Assembly (NCBI GenBank): GCA_024137785.1
Contig: JAHRHZ010000145.1
Span: 3,080,517 to 3,144,516, forward strand
Direction of reading: 5' to 3'
DNA: 64,000 nucleotides
Source: Ginglymostoma cirratum
Taxonomy: Eukaryota
The notes below the pieces were generated by a model, which saw nothing but the letters and a program-made list of their open reading frames with translations, was not told the origin of the DNA and did not search any database. Below, in pieces: positions 10,240 through 24,290 of this stretch (positions are counted from its first letter, which is position 1; every line of letters begins with the position of its first letter). The translations under genes and the position numbers were made by a program.

Positions 10240-11535
10240 CGATAGAAATTCATGAGAAAAATAAACCTGCAGCTATGATGTACTTGGATTTCCAAAAAAG
10301 GACTTGTTAATGTGCTGTATTAAAAGTTACTGTACAAGATAAGAGTTCATGGTATGAGGTAACATATTAGCATTGATTGGTTATAGCTAAAAGGAAGCAA
10401 GCAGTAGGAATAAATTGATATTTTTTGGGTTGGCAAGCTGTATCTGCTGGAATGCCACACAGATCATTAAGCTCAACCCTCAACTATTTACAATCAATGT
10501 CAATGACTTGGATGAAGGGGCTGAATGCGTGGTAGCTAAATTTGCAGATCACATCAAAGAGTTAAGAAAATAAGTTGTCAAAAGGATGCAGAAAGTCAGC
10601 AAAAAGATAGATAGGTTAAGTGAGTGGGTAAAAAATTGGCAGGTGTAATACAATGTGGGAAGATGTGAACTTCACTTTGGCAAGAAGAATGGAACAACAG
10701 TAAACTATTTAAATGGAGACAAATTGCAGAATAGAGTGGTACAGAGGGACTGAGTGTCCTGGTACATGAATTGCAAACAGTATTTAGACTCAGTAAGTGA
10801 TTAGAAAGGCAAATGTAATGTTGGCATATATGGGGAACAGAATATATTGGAAGTCGAGAAATTGTACTACAGCTGCAGAGGGCCATGGTAAAAACACATC
10901 TGGGGTACCTCATACAGTTTTGGTCTTCTTATTTTAAAAAGGACATAATAGCATTACCAGCAGTTCACAGAAGGGCCACACAACCGACTCCTGGAATGAG
11001 GGCTTATCACATGATGAAAGAGTGAACAGATTGACCTGTACCCAGTGAAGCTTAGAACTATGAGAAGTGATTTTAGTTGAATGTAAAAGATCCTAAAAAA
11101 CTTCATCCATGCTAATACGTTGCCCCACAGTGTGAGCTCTTATCTTGTCCAAATCTCTTATCTTACAACACATCATAGCTACAGGTTCATTGTGGATACA
11201 GAAAGATGTTTCGTTTTGGCCAGAATAGTAGAACTAGGGCTACAGTATAAAAATAAGAGTTCTACCTTATAAGGCAGAGACAATGAGAATTTTTTTGCTC
11301 AGAGGGTCGTTACTATGTGGAATTCTCTCCCACAGAAAAATAGTGAAGGGTGAATTAGCGAATTCATTTAATGCTAAGTTAGATTGATTTTTAATACACA
11401 AGAAAATCATAGGTAATGAGGATTAGACAGGAAAGTGGAGTTGAGACCACAACCAGATCAGCCATCATTTTGAATGATAGAGCTGCCTTGAAGCCCTGAA
11501 TAGCTGACTCCTGTTCCTAAATCCTATGTTCTTAA
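10240..11535 (+). mobile_element. CR1 LINE 3' portion (RT to 3' end), decayed
   Basis: YLDFQK, INDLDEG, KFADH and HFG motifs plus a CR1 3' UTR ending ...CCTAAATCCTATGTTCTTA. Confidence 0.85.
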
Positions 11536-12673
11536 AAGTCAGAAAGAATCATCTGGACAACTATCATATCTCCTAGTAATACAATGTCTCTTTCTTCCTT
11601 AAGTATCAGATTCATGAAGGAAACTTGTCTGTGTGGTCCCTTTTTTTGCAAGCAATTGAATGTATCATAGGACTAAAACAACAAGGTACTAAAGGTGTAA
11701 GAAAGAAAACTTTCATTCAGGTTTTAAACGGCGATGAGTGAAATTATGCACAAAATACCAAGCGGCAACATTTTTCTTGGGGTGAGAAGGAGGGAGGGGG
11801 AAGACTTTATTTCCAAATAATTGGGAAAATTATCAAGTTGCAAACCTGGAACGAGCAGCAACCTGCAGTCATTCAGAACTGAATGGTGAACCAAAACATA
11901 ATGCAAAACTGGAAAAGGTTTTTAAAAAAAATTGAAAAACTAATCCTAACTTCACAAAAAAAACCATCTTAATTTTAAGATGACCATAGTTGTTTCCAGA
12001 ATGTAATCTACAACTTTACATCACATTAGACAGGATTCACAGCACGGAAACAGGCCACTCAGCTAATATTCCCTGTAAATCTGGAAGCATCAAATTGCTA
12101 GCTGTTTTAAATGTTTGAATTTCAGGTTTTCCATTTAGTAACAGTGACCCAATTAAAAAAAACAGTTGACACCCGGATAAGAAGACACACTCTGATTTTT
12201 TTCTCTGAATTCGTTGAACATTGAATTTCCCTCCATTCTGGAAGAACACATACAGGAACTGTCAACAGCTTGTTACTGGAATTGAATATTTCTTTTGGAA
12301 ATGTCTGAATAAACATTACTACCAGAATGGAAATACTTGGGTCAGAAAGCACTAATAGGAAAATCTGAAAAGGTAATACTCACTTTTTCACATTAATATT
12401 TAATCATAACATTATGTGTAGTAGGAAAATATAGTTTGTGAAGTAACACTATGCCCACATCAGGATGCCTCTGTTTTACTATTTCCTTTTAGTAATAGTA
12501 GTTTTGATAATAAAAACTAATTGCGTTGGCTGGACATTCTGCTTATGACAGAAAACATACTTAATAATATCTAAAATTGGATACAGTATCAAGATAGAAA
12601 AGATAGAGAGTTTCAAGGTAAAACTATTGAGGAGTCACTACAAACTGGAACTCCTTCACGTCATCCCACCCAC

Positions 12674-12808
12674 CCTGGTGATTCATGGGCTGTGTAGCCT
12701 CCACGCCGGCATTCTGCAGGTAGTTGTGACAGCGCTCTTTATGCTCCTCCAGTGAACTGCGCTGTTTGTAGCTTCTACCACAGTAGTTGCACTTGTGAGG
12801 CTTGCCCA
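12674..12808 (-). CDS. IKZF2: IKZF2 (Helios) exon encoding zinc finger 4 (135 bp)
   Basis: Reads (V)[44 protein letters not shown]. Acceptor ttccttccacag| at 12809, donor G|GTGGGT at 12673. Joins in frame with both neighbouring exons. Confidence 0.97.
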
Positions 12809-14224
12809 CTGTGGAAGGAATTGTACTCAAGTTACATCATCATTATTATATCAATCATTTTCAATAAGCATTAAGTGTGTTTAAAGGGAAACTGTGCACC
12901 ATAAGTTTCATAAAGCATGAATCAAAGGCAACACGTAAGTTTAACCTATAGTTATCAGCAAAATATGTAGAGAAGCAGTCAAGTGCTACTGACTCATCCT
13001 TTTCTGAAACCACTACAAAAATACTTGCAATGGGAAAGCCACCAGAATTAGATTTTATTATAAATTATTACTGATTACTGTCCTAATTACTTTACCTGTA
13101 TGCCCTTCGTTAACATCTTACTATGTTGTGGTTGGCATTTGGGGTTGTGTCAGTCTTGTTTGGCAGGGTGGAGTTCAGGGAATGAAAAGCTACACAACTT
13201 TCTGGTTCCATTACCAAAGTTCATCGTTCCTGAAACTACACGGAGGTTGGGCTGAGTTTTTTTAAGATATAAATACTTTGGATTGGCTGAAAGTGCAGAT
13301 CTCATGAATTTCACAATTCTTTTTAATCAAAGAAATAACTTGTGAAAGTCTAGTATATTGGCATTTTAAATATCTGAGTTTCTTAAAAACATTAAAACAG
13401 TTACAGGTAATTTTGAGCCAATTCCATTGTTCATTAACAACAGCATTTTTCTTATGCAGTCGCTAAACAATTCAGTATTAAAATATGTTCAGTTTTGTAT
13501 TTTCATTACCAGGGAAGGAACTGATGTGTCCTTTACTTCAACAGGTAATAAAAAGACTAAATATGCATGGTGACAGAATAATACAAATTTTGTTATTATT
13601 TTGTAGCATTCTGGAATTTCTACAGGTATTTTAAAGATACTGTTATGATTAAAGGTGAATTTGCCTAAATTATAACTAATAACTTAAAGTATCTTATTAT
13701 AATTAAAACTATTTCCTTATGGCAACCAACTAGGTCAACATCATTTCAGGAGTGTTGGAATCAATATTTTGAGGATTTCATTCCACTATTCAATTAATTT
13801 TCCCTGAAAAAGCTGAAAATCTTGATTATGAGCCCTTTGTGAGATATAAAGGCATGTTTGTAAAGATTGTGATATCTGAAGTTTTCTTGAATACATGTGA
13901 TAGTTCCACATCTCTTACTCAATATTTACAAATTTGTAAAATTGAAGAATTTAAATAATCAGACTATCTTCCATGGACTAATGAATAAATCTGTAAAATA
14001 AAAAGTACTTTTATTGGCCTCTGCATTTCTAAAAAAGCATCTAACAGATTACAAGAGCAGTTGGCCCAAAACAGTCATCACTTTGCAGCATGACAGTTCA
14101 ACATGTAGCATAGTTGGAACTTGCACTTTGATTATTATGTTAAAAATGCTTATTGGTTGGAGCAGTCTGGAATGCATATAAACTGGAAGATGCACTCCCA
14201 ATAGTGTTCTGTATTGGAAAGTGC

Positions 14225-14383
14225 ATAATGGCCATGTTAAGTTGCCCATAGTGTTGAAGGATGTGTAGATTAGCTGGGCTATAGGGGGATGGGTCTGGGT
14301 GGGATGCTCTGAGGGTTGGTGTGAACTTGTTAGACTGAAGGGCCTGTTTCCACACTGTAGGGATTCTATGATGATGATGATGA
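14225..14383 (+). mobile_element. HE1/V-SINE-type SINE 3' fragment with (ATG)n tail
   Basis: TGGCCATGTTAAGTTGCCC...GAAGGGCCTGTTTCCACACTGTAGGGATTCTATGATGATG. Confidence 0.75.
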
Positions 14384-15825
14384 AGAAGTCAAATCTTTCA
14401 GTATTGTATTCCCTCCTCTTTTAAAAGTAGGCTAATAATTGAACATGAGGCTTTCTATATTCATATCTGCAAAAACAAGCTTAACGCTTTGAATGAGAAT
14501 AACGTGATAATGGTTTAGATTAGAATTGGGATTTGGATTTCAGTATATACCCTAATCTTGGATATACTACTGCCAAAACTACGCAGCTGTGCTATTGATT
14601 CCTTAGAGCAAAGTGGTTGATATTGCATAAATGTTTAAGGAGATTTTTTAAAAAATCAATAATAATTATCAGTAATAATAAACTAATAGAGTTTGATACA
14701 ATTAAGGGTTTGTGTTTCTCATTGGTTTTACTGTACGGACAATGGTTTCATTGCTGAAGTTCCTTCCCTATCAAAACAGATAATAGTAAGTCTAAACGCA
14801 TGATAAATAAATACCTGTTCATTTAATATATCCGATATGTCATAGAAGACATAATTCTACAAATATTAACAGATCAAAAGAATGTCAAGCGCTTTACAAC
14901 TGACCCACAGTTTAAAGCTTTAGGGCAATGTAAAAGCTAAGAAGAAACTTATTGTTTTGAGTTCTACTTGCAAGCATATAAATGATTTAAATATCACAAA
15001 TTACAAATGCCATACATTAATGTAAATTTCACAGGGATATGCTTGCTTCTGATACAAATGATATGATACTGGAAAAAAAGAAATAGTATCAAAATAGTGC
15101 TGTAGTGACTATAACCATGCACTTTAGGAAATAAACACGTTAAAGTTACCTTTTGGTTTGGTGCAATCAAGTTGAGAAGGAAAAGGAGAATCATTTTTCT
15201 ACAAAATATCAACGAAACTAAAACATATCGAATAAGTAAAATAACTTTAGAATATTAAAACCAATTTGTTTTAAACTATTATGGGCTATAATGCTGAAAT
15301 TTAACTAAAACACATAAATATGTAGCTAAAATAACAATTTATAGGGAGAAGTTGTAAATTGCTATTTTGGAATAAACTGGCTGCTGTCTTGGCAACTTGA
15401 CCAACCTTTGCAAACCTCCAGGCTTACCAAGTTCAACCAGTGAATCAGACTGAGATTGAAAACAAAGTTGATTGTATTTAGAAGGTTCCAAGTATAGTGC
15501 TTATTGTTTTGTTCTGGTCAACTCAGCAGCAAGTGATGTTTGACTGTGCTTAGCAATGCTACAAAATCTAATTTCATTTTCCTCAATGTCACTGTAACTG
15601 CATAGCGATACATGTAATTTGTTTATTGGCTATTACGAAGCTGTAAGAAGCTGCTACATAATGTTCGCTCGTGGAAAAATGGCGAAGATGAAGTATAAAA
15701 CAGCCTGGAATAGTTTTCAAAATATACTGAGTACATACTTAAACATAGAACTTAACTTATGATACGCTCTTTGAACACCCAAAAGTTGTGGCTTGTTTGT
15801 GTTTTTATCAATGTTCATTCAATAT

Positions 15826-16040
15826 AGAATCATAGAATCCCTATAGTGTGGAAGCAGGCCATTCGGCCCAACAAGTATGCACCAACTCTCCGAACAGCAT
15901 CCCTCGTGACACAACCCTCTACTCTATCCCTGTAACCCTGCATCTACCATGGCTAACCGACCTAGCCTGCACATCCCTGGACACCATGAACAATTTAACA
16001 TCACCAATCCATCTAGCCTGTACATATCTGGGAAGAAACT
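15826..16040 (-). mobile_element. HE1/V-SINE-type SINE 3' fragment
   Basis: (CATAGAAT)2 tail on plus strand, GGCCATTCGGCCCAACAAG, ACCTAGCCTGCACATC. Confidence 0.75.
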
Positions 16041-18853
16041 GGACAGCTTCTACATTTTTTAATAATGAAAGAATGGCTATTTGTGAAAACTGTCAGTACA
16101 CAGATATAGTACAAATAAGGACAGTCAACCTCAAGGTAAATATATGGAGGTAGAAAGACAGAAAGGCAAATAGTAAGAAGGCTAGCAAAGCTCATGTCAT
16201 AATGGCAATACTGCAGTGTATGTGAAAAGGTAGATGGGGTATTATCCATCTTCTTTGGATTGCAGTAGATATCAATGAACTAATAATATTCACTATACAG
16301 GGTTTAATATGATAGTATTATCTGTATGGTATCGCCTTCATCAGCAGGATCACTAGGAAAGTCTGAATCCATTATGTTCATCATTTAACATTTTATATGA
16401 CTCAACATCCAACAAACTCATTCAATTCCAATAATTCAGTAATAAAGTTGCAATATCTTTGAAATAACTTTATTATTCAAATATCATAATATTAGTACAA
16501 CAGTAGTCAGTTGATATTTTGTGGGTTGCATTTGGTGCAATTTTGACAGAAATGTTAAATTATTTCCTCCCAATTTACACTCCATTCATGATCTTGGAAT
16601 GTAGTACAAACAGACTTTTTGACATCCAAGATATATCAATGAAACTACAAAAAGATGCAAATCCTCTTTCTCAGTCCATTACAAGGACACTCGTTGCAAT
16701 GGTCTTAACGTTACCAGAAACTGAGGAACAAGGCATATCCCAGATCAACCATAAGTTTTGTTATACTACCTCAATCAATGACAACACAGCAGTGAATACC
16801 AATGAGCATCATTCATGTGGTCACCTAGGACAATTATGACTCGTTAGATTGAAATCTGGAAATATCTTGCTAATTCAGACGGCCTATATTACCTTTGGTT
16901 CAAACCTCTTGAACAAATACAGAACAACTAGGTAGGCTGCAGGACTAACTCCAGCAAACTGCACTGCTAGAAAGCAAGAAGTAAGGATCTTTACTCAACT
17001 AATTGGATCATTTAATCGCCACACAATTGAATGGTCATATGATCAAAAGTTATTTAGTAAGCACATTCTAAACGTAATATTGTAATTTAACACCAACACC
17101 CTTTGTTTCCATTATCAAGCGTACGCCTAAGTGTGGTTTTCCCCTCTAGGAAGTAGCAGGAATAAAAGCAAGCGTGATGCCTTAATCAGACCAGATTGCA
17201 AAAATCAAATCTTCACCATCAAGAAAAACTATTATAATTCAGTCATTGTTCCTCCTGAGATGGTGAGATCAACTATGAGCTGGCAAGAAACCTGCATACA
17301 TGCATTTGAATCTCATTAATTTCCTAACTCATCAAATTAATTTTCCCTTCTCAATTAACTTCTGCCCAATCAAGAAACTCAATGTTTCCTAATCTCAATA
17401 GCAAGAAACAAATGGATACCTGTTGAGTGAATCCTCAGCCTCAGTCTGGTACATGGATGTGCTTGCCACTCTCCTTCTCTTCACTTTACATAAAATCACT
17501 ACAACTGCAACAGGTGCCTTCATATTTGGCACAATGCCTCCCTGGACCCCAAACCACTCACTGGGCAACAGTGTCAGAATTCAGTTACATATTCATGAAC
17601 AGGCTTAGGATTCAGTTTTTCTCAAGTAGCAAACTAACATGCAGCGCAACAAGCAGCTTGTGGCCGAGGGGAAAAACATTAGCACTGAAAAAAATCCTGC
17701 TACCTGATAGCCAAAAAGGAAAACTTTAACTCAGAAAACAAAACAAGACCAGCTTGTGTCTGTAGCAGACTGTAATGAATAAATAGGAATGGCAGCAGTA
17801 AACACAATTACATTTGCTTGAAGAGCACGATATGTGAAGGTAAATATTTATTGCACTGGGGGGGCAGGAGCCAGTCGGTGAGGGGATACAGACCTGGTCA
17901 GTGCAGGCTAGGCCTTTTCTAATCTGGGGAGTTTGATTACCATCAGGTGATTGGTCCAGCACAAGTCAAGGGATCTCTATCACTGCAGTCTAAGAGAAGG
18001 TCACAGTCAGTTTTGGAACTCAAGTAAAAGTAGTCTGGGCCTTGCAATTGCTCATTTGGAGTGCCATTGCAAAATCAACCCAGGGCCACGGCCTGTCTGT
18101 GGCTTCCTGCAAAGTTCGTCCGGGGGTGGGAAATGGTCAGTTAGGGAGGTGGTGGTGGGGGTTCAGATAAAATCTAGGGGATTTTTAGGGTTCAGTACAT
18201 GTCAGCATCAAGGTTCTGGGTAGCTCACATCTGGTTCTCCCTAAGTATCTAATTCAAATAGCTGATTCACCTGGGCCAAATGTTATCATATTATTATTTT
18301 GAAGACCACAATCTAACATCCTCAAATCTATCCTGCTCGAGAATAAAATGGACACAGCTTCCAAAGCCTGTCATAAGTACAGATTAGACATAAATCTAGT
18401 GACTTTTGTCTGAATCTTTTCCAGTGTCTCTTATATCAAGCATTTTATATTAGGCCTAACTAGTTCTTCTGAAAAGGATTTTGCTGCTTTTTGTTTTGTC
18501 TGAGAAAAATATCCCAATATATGCTTTTACTGCAGCATCATAATACTGGTCATGAACCTTAAAAGATTCTTGTACAATAATAAAAATGGTCTTTCTGTCA
18601 TTATCGGTTTTCCAGTTCAAACTTCATACTTTATACATCCATGCACTCCCCAAATCCCTTCATCCAGATTATTAATAAAGATTGTAGAGAGCCTTAAATT
18701 CAATCTCTGAGTTAGTCCATGCGTAGTTGGTCCCCAGAACAATTCTAGTGAAACATACTGGCATTTCACAACTTTAGGACAGCCAAGGTTTTTCAAAGTC
18801 AATTAAGGATTTTTAAGTATAGCCACTGTTGCAATGTAGAAAATGCTTGATAA

Positions 18854-19205
18854 TACATTGTAACTTCACCATCTAAAATGCTTGGAACCACGTCACTTCT
18901 GCATTTCAGAATTTCCTGATTTATAAAATGACATCAGACTATCTAGCTACATGTGAGAGAACTGGAAAACACAGTGGTTATAAATATTGACCTGAAACAT
19001 AAAACATTGATAAAATAAATATTATAAATCATTAATAAAAATAGTTTTACTTATCCAAATGCTGTATATTTCATGTTTCTAATCCCAAATACTATCCTAA
19101 AATTATGTCAATAGTGTTGAAGAAATGTTTGGATTTGTTCAAAAAATTTCCAGACAACTTGCATTTCCAAACGATAGATTTCCACATTGGAAAACTTACA
19201 GTGTA
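18854..19205. mobile_element. Probable MITE (Tc1/pogo type)
   Basis: TACATTGTAACTT (18854-18866) and AACTTACAGTGTA (19193-19205) form an 11/13 inverted repeat with TA ends. The interior is AT-rich and non-coding. Confidence 0.45.
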
Positions 19206-20049
19206 TTCATAATGGTTTTCTGCTTATGACAATGAAAACGATTCTTTGTCCAACCCAGGATCTGTACACAAGTTTCACAGGATTCTATCTCAATAATTAG
19301 CCTATTTTATGAATGTGTCTGCTCAAGAGTGGGAGCATTTTTAAAGTTCACATTGCTATTTAGATATATTTTAAAAATGATCAATTATGCTGCTAATTAT
19401 ATCTGTTTTACCGTACCTGGACAACTTAAATTGCAGGAAAAAACAATCAACTGTCCTCTTCTGATCACAGGGGCATTTCTAAATAAGAGTCAAAGTACTG
19501 CAGATGTTGAAGATTTGCGACCCTTTAAAGACCACATTGCAAATCCACCAGTGACACCAAAATAAGTATGTGTCCAATCCCTTTACACTTGAAGAAATAA
19601 ACTATGAAGGATTATCTGATTGTGTCATTAAACAAATTATCAGACTTTTAGTTTGGGCTGAATTTTATGCTCGTTGAGGGCAGTTTGACAGGCAGGTGGG
19701 GATGTTGAAACAGGATGCAAGGCCATCAGTGCTGTTTCTGAAGCCTACCCACTCGTTATTGCATCATTGGGTGGCATCAGGCAACGTGCCCAAGAGCCTC
19801 TTCACACACTTTACAGTGAATTTTCCTGTAATGGGTAACAACCAATGCCAAGTTTAAAGTGTAGTATCTTTCACTGCTCAGGCATTTATGTTGGAAGAGT
19901 CGCCCTGTTATCTGTGAAATTCCAAACCCCATTTTTCAGCCAATCCTGCCATGAACAAAAAGCAATGTAAGATGCAAAGCTTGCCAAAATGACTTGGACC
20001 CATTGCTGACAAAACGAAGAAAGACGAAGATTTCAAGCGAATTACTCAA

Positions 20050-20130
20050 CACCCAAAACGTCAAGCTTTCCTGCTCCTATGATGCTGCTTGGCCTGCTGT
20101 GTTCATCCAGCTCCACACCTTGTTATCTCT
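20050..20130 (+). mobile_element. Short Penelope-derived fragment
   Basis: AAACGTCAAGCTTTCCTGCTCCTATGATGCTGCTTGGCCTGCTGTGTTCATCCAGCTCC, as at 5030, 41640 and 61120. Confidence 0.7.
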
Positions 20131-20759
20131 AAAAAAGTATTTTCTCCTCTTTACTTAATTAAGTTTTTCCTGTCCTATATTTCATATTGTGTCAAAAAGA
20201 TATACGATTTTTACCAAAGTAATTGTTGATTTAGCCAGGTGAAGATATGCAAGGATGACATGGGGTGACTCAAATACTCAGGCTACACTGCTTCGATGTG
20301 CCAAACTACTAAGCTCGACTTTCTGCTTCCCACTATTACAGAAAAACTTGTCTTTATTCTCTTGCCGCAATGATATTAATATTTTGTTGCTACAAAGAAG
20401 GAAAGCAAACAGCTTCCATTATTTTTTCTTCACCCGCAGAAAGATGTTCCACAACAGTATGGAACAAAAATAGGACTTCATCTAATTCAGTAAATAATGA
20501 CATGTTGGTGTACCTGCAATTTACTTCTGTGTAACATCCATGATCTCAGAGAAAGAAAATGCCAATAAAAACACTGCAGTCCTTCCCTAATTTGCAGAAC
20601 GACATCATCACAGAATTGTTTCAACACAGTAAGTAGGGGATTATTCAGTCCAATCCCCTGTGTCTGGGTTGATATCCACTGGAGCAATTTACCCCTTGCC
20701 AGTTCACAGCCTTTTCTATCCTAGTCCTGTTTGTTGTTCTTTTTCAGATAAGTTACTAT

Positions 20760-20942
20760 ACTCATACAGGCAAAGAGAAAGTAGATGTATTTTTCATATG
20801 TCAGGGAACTAACAACTATGATGTGCGGGCATGGATTAGTAGTTAAGGCCTGGAGCAGGTCAGCCATGATATTGTTGAATGGAGGTGCTGGCTTGAGGGG
20901 AAAAATGGTCTACTCCTGCACCTATTTCCTATCTTCTTATGA
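20760..20942 (+). mobile_element. CR1 3' end fragment
   Basis: TCAGCCATGAT..TTGAATGG..GGCTTGAGGGG..TACTCCTGCACCTATTTCCTAT, a CR1 3' UTR pattern. Confidence 0.65.
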
Positions 20943-21029
20943 ACAGCTGACAATTCACTCTGGCAGCTGAAGTGCCCTCAGTAATGCTCTGTGGGATGTT
21001 TTAAACCTATTTGAGGAAATGACCATCCT

Positions 21030-21298
21030 ATAGGGTAGTTAAGAGTCAACCACATTGTTGGAGGTCTGGAGTCAAATGTAGTCCAGACCAGGTAAGAATG
21101 TCTGTTTCCTTCCCTAAAGGACATCAGTGAATCAGATGGGTTTTTTCCTGACCACCATCAATGGATTTACGGCCATCATTAGACTCCTAATTCCAGACAT
21201 TTATTGAATTCAAATTCCACTATCTGCAATGGTGGGATTCAAGCCTCGATCTCTGTATTAATAGTCCAGAAATACCACTACTAGGCCATCGTCTCCCC
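21030..21298 (-). mobile_element. tRNA-derived SINE (family C), partial
   Basis: Aligns with 34420-34702. Minus strand starts GGGGAGACGATGGCCTAGTAGTGGT and has B box GCTTGAATCCC. Confidence 0.75.
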
Positions 21299-22479
21299 AG
21301 TTTTATGTGTATTTTGTACATATAGATTCGGAGATTTTCTTGTAAACATACAAAATCAAAGGGTAAGGAAAGAACATTTAGCATCCGGCCTATCCCAAAG
21401 AAATTTGATACCTGGACCATCACAATTTAGATGTCGTACCCACATCTGCATACTTGACCACTATTAGCCATGTAATCTCCTGCCAGAGGCAACAGGTTGG
21501 AAAAAGGTTCAAGGCCATTCAAGAAAAAAAATACAGAGAAATTCCTCTTCAACTCGCTTGAAACTTTTCCAGGGGACCAACATGACAATATAGTCAGCAT
21601 GTGGTATTTATCTACATTTTATAATACATGATCTCTTTCTGAATCAGGAACTCAGCCAGCTCTCTCTTGAAGGCACTTAGAGAGTTTGTAGTCTTACATG
21701 ACCCATGAGCTTGCTCCAAAGAAAACATTTTTTTCATGCATTTATATAGTGTCTACAAGGTAGAAAATAATCCCAAGGTGTAAACATTATGACAGTGTAA
21801 TTCCTATATTACTACGTTACAATTCAAAAATATTCCATTGCAGTGCTTTAGGACATGCCAAGGTCATGTATGTATTCAACCTCTTTCTTATCCAAACTGC
21901 TAAGGGAAAGCTGGTAGAGAAAGTAAAAATATTTACTATTCACATTAAATGTACTTTTGAGGCTTGGATGGATCACATTGCTGGGATAGATTAATTAGGA
22001 TTTAATCATCACAGGACTATGCTTATACTGATAGCATTTGATGTAAATACTAAATAATAATTCACCATTAATAACATTTCAATTGCATCACACCAGTGAT
22101 CAATACATTGGAGGACCAATATACTGCATTAACAAGAGAGAAAAATTAAACATCCAGTCATTGTTGAGCCACATTACAACCGAGGTGCATGTTGTAATTT
22201 GGGAAATAACAAGCAATTTGTGTCTGAGTTGGGAGCTAGAGGAAATGTAAACTATGCAGTCAGACTTCCATCATTAGGGACGAGTTCTGACCAGATTTTA
22301 GATAGGCATAAACAGGTATACAATCTCTTTAATTTCAGATGGGCCATAAAAAATCATTCATTCACTAAACTAGTGAAAGAACATAGGAAAAATTAAGGTC
22401 ATGTGCACATTCAAGTTCATCTCTCCAAACTAAAGCATCAGAGATGTACTTCAGGTATGAGAACATAATGGATATTAAT

Positions 22480-22915
22480 CAGGATCATTCTCCTAGGAAC
22501 AAAGAAAATTGAATTGTAAACTAAGAAGTGTTTTCAAGATGATGAAAGGTTTTAATGGAATAGAAAGAAACCACTACCCAGGGCCAGTTAGTCAGTAACA
22601 AGTGGAAAAAGATTCTTCTCAACTCTAGACATTTTAGCAGTGATTTGAAATTGTTGACACAAGATCTAGAGTTGAGGAGGATTATTTCATCTCAGACAGT
22701 GGCCAGGATCTGGGATGCAATTCACAAAAGATGATTGAAGCTGATTCCATAAATAATTTTAAAAGGTGGTTTAATAGGTACTTGATAATGAGGATCTCAC
22801 AGGATAATGGACACAGAATAGGTATCGGGGGCTAGGAAGAACTATTTTATTGAATGGCCAGCGCAGACAAAATGAGTCAAACAGCATCCTATTGATTGGT
22901 AAGAGTCTCTGATTC
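22480..22915 (+). mobile_element. Old CR1 3' fragment
   Basis: VFKMMKGF remnant and degraded 3' UTR. Confidence 0.55.
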
Positions 22916-23894
22916 CACATTTTAAAAGTATTTTCTCAACAGGAAAAAAAAATGAAAAGGAAAGTCTAACACATGATCTTAGGTAGGACACACGCAGCCA
23001 CAATGAAAGTGTTTTTATTTGCTAATTTCTAAAGAATTAAGTCAGGTCACACATTTCTCAATCCAAATGGCAACTATAATCAGGTGCAAAGGTGCTCTAC
23101 CTTACAGTGGCTTAGACATTATACTTGATACCAACACCAGAAACCTTTTGAAAATTGAACAAATTTACCAGTATTCGCAAACAAATTCAATTAGGCAGAG
23201 CGTGACGGGACCATATGTTTTTGTGTGAAATGTTAATATAGAGCTCAAAGTTAAAGAAGCTTTGTGACCATTATTCCTATTCTGTCCAGCTGCTGTTCAT
23301 TCCAAGGAAATATGTTGATCAAGCTAAGAGGGAAGCCCAATCATCAGGACTAAATTTTCATTATGAATTGACCAATGAGTGACAATATAAGGAACTACAG
23401 CTCACAGGTTACAGTAGCAGCAACACAAAAGAAGTTGTTAAAGAACAAAGCAGGTTGCTGTCATCCTCCTTGCACTCATGCCTTTAACTGAGTTGATAGC
23501 AACAAAGTTAGCAGCTGTGAAGTCGGTTGCTACTCATGGTGGTTTGGATATAAACAGTTTCAGAGCTTCAATTCACCACACTTTGTTCAATCTCTACTTT
23601 GTCCACTGTTCGTTTTCGGTCGTTCCTAAGCTAACATTTTACATCTTTTAGACACGTAATTTTAAAAAAATAAGTGGAGCAATAAAAACAATAAACATGC
23701 CAAAGTACATTCAATATTGAAGGAAATGGGGCACTGTGAGAAATAAATTGTAGCTACTTACTATAGCATTTCCTTCATAACCTCAATGGAGTGTTTTACT
23801 CGATTCAGCTATTCAAATGCTCTTTTAAGACAAAATGGATCCTGCAAGCTGCGTTTCTGTGGTTAATCTGTCTGCCACAGAGACGAAACAACAA

Positions 23895-24290
23895 TGACTT
23901 ACACTTGTACAGTGTAAGCAAAGGATGAAAAAAAATCCCACAAGACTTCATTGCGGATAAAAGGTAGGGTTAGGTGAGTTAGCCAAAAGTGTGGTCAGAA
24001 AGAGGTGTTTACGAAGGATGTCGGTAAAGCTGGGAGGCAAGTGGAGACATAAGAGTATTTTACAGAGATGGTTCTGAAGAGTGGGTGGAGTGGGCTAACA
24101 GGAAAATGAACAACAGAGGCATGGAATGAATGGTGGTAGTGGGAAGCATGTAGGCAGGAGAGGAATTCCACAGCTGGAGATGATTGTAGGCAGAAGGTGG
24201 GCAAAGTCGTGTAGATATTTGTGGGTGAATGTTTGAAATTCAATCCCTTAGGAGGTGAGGATCCGATGTGGAACATCCAAAGGGGAATTG
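23895..24290 (-). mobile_element. Old L2-like LINE 3' fragment
   Basis: Purine-rich plus strand with GGAATTCCACAGC, typical of reverse-oriented L2 ends. Heavily degraded. Confidence 0.4.

Noticed and set aside
17865-19960. Harbinger-type MITEs at GC-richer patches (17865-18270, 19654-19960; also 9880-10240 and 46610-46930)
   Set aside because: Single GGGC(T/A)GAATTTT-like ends are visible, but matching opposite termini could not be identified.
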